Shown here: one piece after another, positions 39,560-47,671 of the stretch | How the letters are laid out: the number at the start of each line of letters is the position of its first letter | How positions within the stretch are numbered: the first letter of the stretch is position 1 | Assembly: GCA_027623195.1 (NCBI GenBank) | Contig: JAQBUT010000008.1 | Span: 1-64,000, forward strand | Source of the DNA: Chloroflexota bacterium | GTDB lineage: Bacteria > Chloroflexota > Dehalococcoidia > Lucifugimonadales > JADFKI01 | Length of the DNA stretch: 64,000 nucleotides | Reading direction: 5' to 3' | The notes under the pieces: model-generated | What the model saw: only the letters and a program-made list of their open reading frames with translations | Told to the model about the DNA's origin: nothing | The model's database searches: none | Position numbers and translations under genes: made by a program

Positions 39560-41305
39560 ATGTTTCGATTTTCGCCAAATCCCAACAGAGCGCACCTTGT
39601 TAACTGGCGCGAGTGGGGCCTGGAAGCATTCGAGGAGGCCCAGCGACAGGACAAGCTGGTCATGCTCTACCTCGGCGCCTTCTGGTGCGGCTTTTGTCAG
39701 CGTATGGACGAGACCACGCTGTCCGTTGATGAGACCCAAACTCTGCTAAATGCCTACTTCATTCCAGTGCGCGTAGAGGATGCTCAGAGACCCGATCTCA
39801 ACGCTCGCTATAGCCAGAACGGCTGGCCAACCATCGTCTTCATGACTCCACAGGGCGATCATGTGGCCAGTGTGAACTACATGCCGCCCAACGATTTTTG
39901 TGATGTTCTGGTTCGGCTTTACCAGATGTACACGGAGCAAAGGCAGGAGTTGGAGCAATCGCTTGCCGAGGCCAACCAGCAGTCATCCCAGGTTAGCACG
40001 ACGTCTGAGCCTGCCAGCCCGCGTTCAGAGTCCGTCGCCGAGATCGCTGAAACGCTCATGGGTTTGGCAGACCCTATCTACGGCGGCTACGGACCGGACC
40101 ACAAGTTCCTGCATCCTGAGGCGCACCAGTTTCTGCTGTCCCGTTACCATGCTACCGGGGACCGTGCCTACGTAAACCATGTGGCCCTGTCTCTGGAGCA
40201 AATGAGGCGAAGCCAGACTCACGATAACCAGGACGGCGGGTTTCACCGCTACTCCTCAAAACGCGATTGGACAGAGCCCCACCAGGAGAAGCTGCTGGCA
40301 GACCATGCCGGATTGTTGAGCACATACCTCCACATGCTCGTCATTACTGGAGAGGCCAGGTACGAAGAAATGGCTCAGGAGATTATCGATTTTCTTGATC
40401 GAAGGCTCTCTGATGCTGATGGCGTGGCGTTTCTAGGCTGTCAGGACTACGTTCGCGCAGTGACCAGGCGCATCTCCGAAGGCCAGGAGGCAACCCCCCG
40501 AGAACCCGGCAGCACTTTTTGGATAATCGACGATTGGGTCTACACCGACGCCAACGCCCAGGCAGCCTCCGCCTACCTGCACGCATACCAGATACTTGGC
40601 GAATCTCGGCTAAGGGAAAGAGCTCTCAATGCTTTGGACTTTTTGTGGGAACATTGCCGGGACTCGGAAGGTCGCGTGTGCCACTACTTTGACGGTAGTC
40701 CCTACGTTCCGGGTCTTCTAATCGATAAGACGCATTTGGCCCATGCCAACTTGGATGCCCACGCCGTCACCGGTGAGCCTGGGTATTTGGAACGTGCAAC
40801 GGCTCTAGGCCAAAGCATTCTCAGCGAGCACAAGAACCCCGCGGGCGGCTTCTACGACATTAGCGAGAATGGACCGGGACATCTTCGGCACAAGTTGACG
40901 TTGCTTACGGAGAACGGCCTGGTGGCCTCGCTAATGCTCCGGCTGTCGGATGTCACTAGCGACATCTCTTTTGGCGAGGGCGCGACGTGGGCGCTGGGGG
41001 CCTTTACCGATGACCTGTCCCCCTACGGAGTATTCGCTTCGGACTTCGGAATGGCCATGGCTGGGTACATGTCCTCTCCCCTCACCGTGACGCTGGAAGC
41101 AGCGCCGGGAGACCCCCAGGCTCGTGTGTTAGCGTTGTCCGCCATGGACCGATTGACTGAACGCCGCGTCACCTGGATTTTTCGACCGCCGGATGAAAAG
41201 GCGAAGGCTGCTTTATACCTGGAGGATGGCGACTCCAAAGTAGGGCCAATATATGAACCGGCACAGTTAACGCCGGACCTGCTAACGGCGGCCCGTCTGT
41301 CTTAA
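39560..41305 (+). CDS. DUF255/YyaL-like protein (thioredoxin-like domain plus alpha/alpha barrel)
   Basis: VNWREWG.EAF..A, WCGFC..M, RPDL, GWPT..F.TP, GGFHRYS...W..PH.EKLL.D. Confidence 0.85.
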   Translation: MFRFSPNPNRAHLVNWREWGLEAFEEAQRQDKLVMLYLGAFWCGFCQRMDETTLSVDETQTLLNAYFIPVRVEDAQRPDLNARYSQNGWPTIVFMTPQGDHVASVNYMPPNDFCDVLVRLYQMYTEQRQELEQSLAEANQQSSQVSTTSEPASPRSESVAEIAETLMGLADPIYGGYGPDHKFLHPEAHQFLLSRYHATGDRAYVNHVALSLEQMRRSQTHDNQDGGFHRYSSKRDWTEPHQEKLLADHAGLLSTYLHMLVITGEARYEEMAQEIIDFLDRRLSDADGVAFLGCQDYVRAVTRRISEGQEATPREPGSTFWIIDDWVYTDANAQAASAYLHAYQILGESRLRERALNALDFLWEHCRDSEGRVCHYFDGSPYVPGLLIDKTHLAHANLDAHAVTGEPGYLERATALGQSILSEHKNPAGGFYDISENGPGHLRHKLTLLTENGLVASLMLRLSDVTSDISFGEGATWALGAFTDDLSPYGVFASDFGMAMAGYMSSPLTVTLEAAPGDPQARVLALSAMDRLTERRVTWIFRPPDEKAKAALYLEDGDSKVGPIYEPAQLTPDLLTAARLS

Positions 41306-41341
41306 TAGACCCTGCACCCGTTTAATGAGAGGTAATAAGTT

Positions 41342-42622
41342 ATGCGTTTGACCTTAGCCCGCCACCCGGTAACGGAGATAAAATTCGGCGACGAGACGTC
41401 ACTTGATGGAACGGCGCTGTCGATAAACGAAAGCGAGCTCCGCGCGCTACTGTTGGAGGACCAACGCCTGGAAAGCGTAGGCTTGGACGTCGTGCGTCCG
41501 GGAGAGAACTGCCGGGCAGGGCCTGTCTTCGACATCATAGAGCCCAGGGCCAAGGCGGATGGAGGCAGCCCGGACTTCCCTGGAGTACTGGGGCCATCAG
41601 CCATAGCTGGCATTGGCACGACCCACGTCCTGGAGGGCGCGGCCGTTACGGTGGTGGATTGCCGTCCCACTGTCACAGCGCGTGCGGCCAAGCGCAGCAT
41701 ACTGGAGATGAGTGGAGAGGGGGCGGCCCGTTCACCCTACTCTGCCCTGCAACACCTGGTTTTGACTCCGCGTTCGAGAGCCGATGTACCGTCCCATTCG
41801 GCCCTAAACGCAACGCGCATGGCCGGGCTTAAGGCAGCGGTCTACATGGCGCAGGCCGCACGAACCAGGCAGCCCATCACCACCGAGACGCTGGGTCCGA
41901 TAGGGCCGACGGAACCGGGACGCGAGGGCCTGCATCGAGTGGCCTACATCGGACAGATCTACTCCCGGCAGCGCTCTCCGGAGATTGATGAGCATATCTT
42001 CTACGGCCTGAACACAACTGGCATGTTGCCGGTGCTCACTAACCCCAACGAGTGGTTGGACGGCGCTGTTTTGCCCTCTTATGACACGTCGTTGGGCGGC
42101 GCGGAGACGTATTTTTACCAGAACCATCCTGTGATTACAGACCTCTATCGACGCCACAACGAAGGCGAACTGAACTTTGTCGGCGCAGTCGCGTCCATAT
42201 CCGGTCTGGACAACGAAGACCGGGATCGGTTGTGCCAGGTGGCGGCGCACCTCGTCAAATGGGGACTCAACGCCGATGCGGCGGTACTCACCAAGCACGG
42301 CGGTGGAGTGCCCCACGCCGACATGGCGCAGACGGCCCGCCTGCTAGAGCGCATGGAGGTCAGCACGGCCGTTATGGTGTCCGATATGTCCAGGGACCGC
42401 CGCGTAGAATCCGCGCTGCTTTTTAACTTCCCCGAGGTGAACGCCATCGTATACTGCGGCGGCGGCGACACAAAGTGGACGGTTCCGGCTGTGGAGCGCA
42501 TCATCGCGGGCAATCCGCAGGTGGAGGAGATGTTGGCACAATCGCAAGAACTCATGGCCTCCAGCATAGCCGGCGTCGTGAATCAGCAGGGCGCCAGCCA
42601 CGTAAGAGCGATGACCTACTAG
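41342..42622 (+). CDS. Glycine/sarcosine/betaine reductase component B proprotein (GrdE/GrdG/GrdI family), divergent
   Basis: D.IEPRAK, PDFPG, G.GTTHVLEGAAV, PNEWLDGAV, TY.YQNHPVI..LY.RH..ELNFVG; directly upstream of grdB. Confidence 0.88.
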   Translation: MRLTLARHPVTEIKFGDETSLDGTALSINESELRALLLEDQRLESVGLDVVRPGENCRAGPVFDIIEPRAKADGGSPDFPGVLGPSAIAGIGTTHVLEGAAVTVVDCRPTVTARAAKRSILEMSGEGAARSPYSALQHLVLTPRSRADVPSHSALNATRMAGLKAAVYMAQAARTRQPITTETLGPIGPTEPGREGLHRVAYIGQIYSRQRSPEIDEHIFYGLNTTGMLPVLTNPNEWLDGAVLPSYDTSLGGAETYFYQNHPVITDLYRRHNEGELNFVGAVASISGLDNEDRDRLCQVAAHLVKWGLNADAAVLTKHGGGVPHADMAQTARLLERMEVSTAVMVSDMSRDRRVESALLFNFPEVNAIVYCGGGDTKWTVPAVERIIAGNPQVEEMLAQSQELMASSIAGVVNQQGASHVRAMTY

Positions 42623-42700
42623 TCGGGTTTGGTGAAAGATATATAATCTTGATACATGCCCTGGCCTGGTTCATATGGTTAATGGGGCAGGAGGAAGAAA

Positions 42701-43984
42701 ATGAAAATAGTCCACTACGTCAATCAGTTCTTCGGAGGCATCGGCGCCGAGGAGGAGGCTGGTAGGCCGTTGGAGATCCGGGAGGGCGCTGTTGGACCCG
42801 GGCGTCTGTTGGAACAGCTATTCGGAGACGGCTCTCAGGTTCTCACGACGTTCGTGTGTGGCGATAACTACGCTGTGGAACAGCAGGACCAACTCATCAC
42901 CGATGTGTTGAACCACCTGCGCGCTTCAGGAGCAGACCTGTTCGTAGCAGGGCCATGCTTCGAGGCGGGACGATACGGCATGGCCGCCGGCGCTCTGTGC
43001 TCTGCAGTGCAGGCCGAGCTTCATATTCCTGCTGTAACGGCTATGGGTGGGGAGAATCCCGGCGTCGACCTGTACCGCGAGGAGCTATTCATCGTGGATT
43101 CCGGCGCCAGTGCATCGGCCATGAGCCAGGTGGTCACCCGTATGGTGGCGCTGGGCAAGAAGCTAGTAGCCGGTGAAGAGATTGGCACACCTGCCGACGA
43201 GGGCTACATTCCCAGAGGGCTTATTCGGGATGCCTTCGTTGAGCAGAACGCGGGCCAGCGTCTTGTTGCCATGGTCATGGACAAGGTCAATGGCGATCCA
43301 TTTGAGTCCGAGATGATGTCCACCTCATTCGAGCCAATACCCATGCCGGCAGCAGTGGCCGACATATCCAAGGCCCGGGTTATGGTCATTACCGATGGCG
43401 GCCTGGTGCCCTCGGGCAACCCTGACGGCATCGAGGGCATGGCCGCCACCCGCTGGGGAACCTACAGCATTAAAGACAAGGATGGCCTGGACGGCAAAGA
43501 CTACGAGATCTCCCACGGCGGCTACGACCCCAGGTTCGTCGAAGCGGACCCCGACAGGCTTGTGCCTCTAGACGCTCTCCGTCAGATGGAGAAAGAGGGC
43601 ATCATTGGGGAGTTGCACAACGAGTTTATTTCCACATCCGGGTTGGCCAATCCTCTCTCCAATACTCGGCGCATGGGCAAGGAGATGGCCCAGAGGGTCA
43701 AAGAATTGGGGGTGGACGCGGTAATCGTCACATCCACCTGAGGCACCAGCACTCGCAGCGGCGCTGCGATAACGACCGAACTGGAGAAGGCTGGCATACC
43801 GGTAGTGCAGATTACGTCAGCTCTGCCAATAGCCAAGATGGTGGGCTCAAACAGGGTAGTTCTTGGGAACGGGATTGTTCATGTTGCCGGAGACCCCAAT
43901 CTGCCCGTCAACGAAGAGAAAGACCTGCGACGCCGACTGGTGCAGAAGGCGCTGGACGCTCTGGAGTCGGAGGCGAAAGAATAA
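42701..43984 (+). CDS. grdB: Glycine/betaine/sarcosine reductase family selenoprotein B (Sec at TGA 43739-43741), about 427 aa
   Basis: MKIVHYVNQFFGGIG.EE.A, CGDNY, GP.F.AGRYG, HGGYD, DAVIVTST(TGA)GT; frame continues ELEKAGIPVVQI...VGSNRV to TAA 43982-43984. Confidence 0.93.
43753..43769 (+). promoter_or_regulatory. Candidate SECIS hairpin of grdB
   Basis: TCGCAGC-GGC-GCTGCGA, apex 18 nt after TGA. Confidence 0.65.
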
Positions 43985-44024
43985 CCTGTCGAAAGTCTTA
44001 TAAGCGACCCGAGGTGCACCAGAG

Positions 44025-45482
44025 ATGATGGGCATGACATCTCCAGGCAGGTTGCCGGTTATCACAGGCGTGCGACATTTTCTTGCCCATACGCCCGGGT
44101 TGGTGCGATATGGACACAAGCCGTCGCTGGATATCGCCAGAAACGCGGCCGTCGCAGAGAACATCGCGGGCCACCTGCGAACCTTTTCTGAGGCAGTCGC
44201 CTACCCGCCTAATCGCGCATACCTCGGCTCCATCTACCCTGACCAGCTTCGGGATATTCCCAGGCCCTGGTTCCTGCAAAACGGTCCTGCGGAACGCCGA
44301 CAGCCTCATGGGGACATGATGCCGGAGGAAGAGTTTTACGCCATTTTGAAAATGGCTGACGACTTCGACATCGTCTGGCTGACTGAAGATTTTGTGAAAG
44401 AAGCAACGCAGAATCTGCAGGATAACCCTCTGATCAGTTCCGCAGACTTGGACAAGCTTACCGATGGCCACCAGCAATCCGGCATAGAGCAACGGATCGC
44501 CCAAGAAAGCTCTTTACCCCTCACTTTGAAGGATGGGCGGCTCATTGGCTGCGTAACTGGGGCTGCGGGCAGCGACGAACTCAACGCCGGGGTGCTGCTG
44601 GAGAACCTGGCCTGTAAAGCCACTGCTGCCATGGCGCTGCGCACGCTACTCCACGATGGTGGCTTCGATGCGACTCAGGTGCAATACATCCTTAATACGG
44701 GCGAGGAGGCCGTGGGCGACTCCTTCCAACGCGGCGGTGGCAACATGGCCAAGGCCGTTGGGGAGTTATGCGGTCTTGCTGGCGCTACCGGCTCCGACGT
44801 GAAGGCCTTCTGCTGCGCGCCCGTGCACGCACTGGCTATCGCTGGTTCTATGGTGACCTCTGGCTTGTATGACCGCGTGGTTGTGATAGGGGGATGCTCG
44901 CTGGCCAAGCTGGGTATGAACTACACCGGCCACCTGGACGCGGACCAGCCGGTGCTCGAAGACGTCCTCGCGGCATTCGCAGTGATGGTCGAGCCTGACG
45001 ACGGTAAGAGCCCTGTGATTCGCCTGGACTCGGTCGGAGGGCACAACATCGGGGCCGGTTCGTCGTTGCGTGCCATATCCCGAACCCTCATGACTGATCC
45101 CTTGGCGAGGTTGGGATTTCGCTTCCAGGACATAGATAAATTCGCCATCGAGCTTCAGAACCCGGAGATCACCGAGCCAGCAGGTGGCGGCGACGTAACG
45201 GAGCGCAACTACCGAGTCATAGCGGGGCTGGCCGTTCAGAACCACGAGATTGATAGGTTGGACATACCCACATTCTCGGCACGGCACGGCATGCCTGGCT
45301 TCTCGTCGACGCAAGGGCACATCGCTTCTGCGGTGCCTTTCTTGGGTCACGCTGTGGACCACATTGGCTCTGGTGACATGCAGAGGGCTATGTTCGTGGC
45401 GAAGGGAAGCCTGTTCCTGGGCCGCATGACGCAAATGTCGGATGGTTTCTCTTTTATACTGGAGCGCAACCCTGCCCGCTAA
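44025..45482 (+). CDS. grdC: Glycine reductase complex component C, beta subunit (FabH-like fold)
   Basis: AVAYPPN.AY.G, MMPEEEF, LLENLACKA, EEAVGD..QRGGGN.AKA, ELQNPEITEPAG.GDV, GMPGF..TQGHI, KGSLFLGRMT. Confidence 0.93.
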   Translation: MMGMTSPGRLPVITGVRHFLAHTPGLVRYGHKPSLDIARNAAVAENIAGHLRTFSEAVAYPPNRAYLGSIYPDQLRDIPRPWFLQNGPAERRQPHGDMMPEEEFYAILKMADDFDIVWLTEDFVKEATQNLQDNPLISSADLDKLTDGHQQSGIEQRIAQESSLPLTLKDGRLIGCVTGAAGSDELNAGVLLENLACKATAAMALRTLLHDGGFDATQVQYILNTGEEAVGDSFQRGGGNMAKAVGELCGLAGATGSDVKAFCCAPVHALAIAGSMVTSGLYDRVVVIGGCSLAKLGMNYTGHLDADQPVLEDVLAAFAVMVEPDDGKSPVIRLDSVGGHNIGAGSSLRAISRTLMTDPLARLGFRFQDIDKFAIELQNPEITEPAGGGDVTERNYRVIAGLAVQNHEIDRLDIPTFSARHGMPGFSSTQGHIASAVPFLGHAVDHIGSGDMQRAMFVAKGSLFLGRMTQMSDGFSFILERNPAR

Positions 45483-45554
45483 AGATGCACAACATGCAAT
45501 AATGGGGCCTGCTTTAACAGGTCTGGAATTTGGTGAACCACGGAGGCCAATGGA

Positions 45555-46025
45555 ATGGATTTGAAGGGGAAGAAGGTCATAGCCCTGGGAGAGAGGGATG
45601 GCGTTCAGAGCGGTTCTATTGTCGAATGTGTTAAGAGCGCCGGGGCCGAAGTGGTGATGGAGTTCACTGCCTGTTTCGTCTGAACGTCCGCTGGTGCGCT
45701 TGACCTGGAGGGTCAAGAGATGATCAAGAGGGCGGCAGATCGGGTCGGCACCGAAGACCTCGTCGTAGTGTTGGGCACTCCCACCGCTAACAGCAGCAAG
45801 CTTTTCGCCATGACAGTCACGGAAGGCGATCCCACATGGGCTGGTCCTTTGGCCGGCGCTGGGTTAGGTATCCCCGCCTACCATGTCATGGAAGACGAGA
45901 TCAAATCTCAGGTAGACGAATCGGTTTACGAGGACGAGGTTGGTCTAACCGAAATGACTATTGAGAACCCTGACGAAATTCTCGCAGCCGTCAAAGCGGT
46001 GCGGGAGAGCAACGGCTTAGCCTAG
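45555..46025 (+). CDS. grdA: Glycine/sarcosine/betaine reductase selenoprotein A (Sec at TGA 45681-45683), about 156 aa
   Basis: MDLKGKKVIALGERDGV...TACFV(TGA)TSAGALDLE.Q continues in frame into ORF 45720 with TVTEGDPTWAGPLAG. Confidence 0.95.
45699..45717 (+). promoter_or_regulatory. Candidate SECIS hairpin of grdA
   Basis: CTTGACCT-GGA-GGGTCAAG (U-G closing pair), apex 23 nt after TGA. Confidence 0.65.
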
Positions 46026-46113
46026 GATTTTTTCAGGGCGTTTTACGGGTGGAGTCTCTTGGCAGCCCAGGCGAGAGTTCGGTTATTGAAATTCAACGTA
46101 AGCGAGGTTCGAG

Positions 46114-47013
46114 ATGGATTACCAGGTTTGGGTTAACGGCGAATACGTGGCACGCAGCCAGGCCACCATCAGCATGATGGACCGTGGCTTCAGGCTCGGC
46201 GACGTAGTATTCGATACGTCACGCACCTTCAATGGTAAGGTCTTTCGGCTGCGGGACCACCTTGATAGGCTGTACCGGTCGCTGCAATACACCCGCATAG
46301 ACCCCGGTCTGAGCAAGGACGAGATGGAACTTATCACGCTGGGTGTGGTACAGCAAAACGAGGCCATGCGGGAGGGGGCTGGCGACGACTATCAGATTAC
46401 TCAGATCATAACGCGAGGCGTCGGGCCGATACAGAACCCGTCCAGTCCCAATGTCTCCATCTGGATTGACCCGTTGGGCGGGCCTCGTTTCGCCCCTCTA
46501 TACAAGACGGGCGCTCACGTCGTAATTCCCAAGACCCGCAGCTACACTGCCGAGCAGATCGATCCCAAGGTCAAGCACTACAGCAGGCTCAACTTCGTGA
46601 TGGCGGAGCTTGAGGCCACCGACGTAGACCCCGAAGCCCTCCCCCTTCTTTTGGACACCGACGGCAACATCACCGAGGGCATTGGCGCGAACTTCTTCAT
46701 GGTTAGCAATGGCGTGCTGAAGACCGCCAGAGACAACGACATATTGCAGGGCGTATCCCGCATGACCGTTTTCAATTTGGCTGAGCAGCTAGGCATACCT
46801 GTTGTCGAGGAAGACCTCCAGCCTTACGACGTTTACACCGCAGACGAAGCGTTTCTCTGCAGTACCCCTTACTGCATTTTGCCGGTGGGCCGAGTCGACA
46901 ACCGAGCCTTGGGAGAGGGCGCTCCCGGTCCGATAACCAACCAGCTGCTAGCTGCCTGGAGCGAAAGAGTAGGCCTCGATATAGTTGATCAACTTGGCAG
47001 ATTGACTCAGTAG
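46114..47013 (+). CDS. Aminotransferase class IV (branched-chain / D-amino acid transaminase family)
   Basis: DRGFRLGDVVFD, H.DRL.RS, K(HYSRLN), EG..ANFF, ILQGVSR, ADEAFL. Confidence 0.9.
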   Translation: MDYQVWVNGEYVARSQATISMMDRGFRLGDVVFDTSRTFNGKVFRLRDHLDRLYRSLQYTRIDPGLSKDEMELITLGVVQQNEAMREGAGDDYQITQIITRGVGPIQNPSSPNVSIWIDPLGGPRFAPLYKTGAHVVIPKTRSYTAEQIDPKVKHYSRLNFVMAELEATDVDPEALPLLLDTDGNITEGIGANFFMVSNGVLKTARDNDILQGVSRMTVFNLAEQLGIPVVEEDLQPYDVYTADEAFLCSTPYCILPVGRVDNRALGEGAPGPITNQLLAAWSERVGLDIVDQLGRLTQ

Positions 47014-47101
47014 CTCACGATTTGAGACCTTCGCCATCCCAGGTTTATCCCTCTGTTGTACCGTTATCGGCCAAATCAATAATCTGTGAACCTGAAACGA
47101 A

Positions 47102-47130
47102 TTGTCATATCCCTACTTCCGTGGTACTAT
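47102..47130 (+). promoter_or_regulatory. Sigma70-type promoter upstream of infA region
   Basis: TTGTCA-17 nt-TACTAT with extended -10 TG. Confidence 0.55.
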
Positions 47131-47360
47131 GACCGTGCTTCTCATTGAGACCTTGGTTGGTATCGCCAAAATATGGCGTGGACAAGCCTGCCACGGGTGC
47201 CTAATGGGAATCCAGAGCGGCATGCGAGATTTTACCTGGAACGGAAACGCATGCCTGAATTGGCGTCTGTGGGGATTGCCTAGGTAAGAGCCCTTCAGTT
47301 TTCGTCAAAGTCTGGTATTGTTAATGTATAAGGTTCTGTTTAGTCGTAACAGGGAGTTGT

Positions 47361-47579
47361 ATGGCAAAAAAAGAGGTGATTGAGGTTGAAGGAACGGTTT
47401 CGGAATCCCTTCCGAACGCTTCTTTCAGAGTGGAATTAGCCAATGGTCACCAGGTGCTTGCCTATGCTTCGGGCAAGATACGCCGCTTCTTCATCCGCGT
47501 CTTGCCGGGTGATAGGGTTCTCGTGGAACTCTCGCCATATGATTTGACTAGAGGCAGAATAACCTACAGGTTCAAGTAA
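47361..47579 (+). CDS. infA: Translation initiation factor IF-1
   Basis: [24 protein letters not shown]...SGK.R...[24 protein letters not shown]. Confidence 0.98.
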   Translation: MAKKEVIEVEGTVSESLPNASFRVELANGHQVLAYASGKIRRFFIRVLPGDRVLVELSPYDLTRGRITYRFK

Positions 47580-47671
47580 CCCCGTATCTATTGGCAGGTG
47601 ACCGCACGTCTACTTTTTGTCGGTGTGTCCCTGTCTCGTTGCCTATGAAGAATTTGGGAGGCGTTTGAGAT

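Noticed and set aside
47195..47225. GGTGCCTAATGGGAATCC resembling a cobalamin riboswitch
   Set aside because: No GGTG..A.TCC arm, GCCACTG or B12-box follows.
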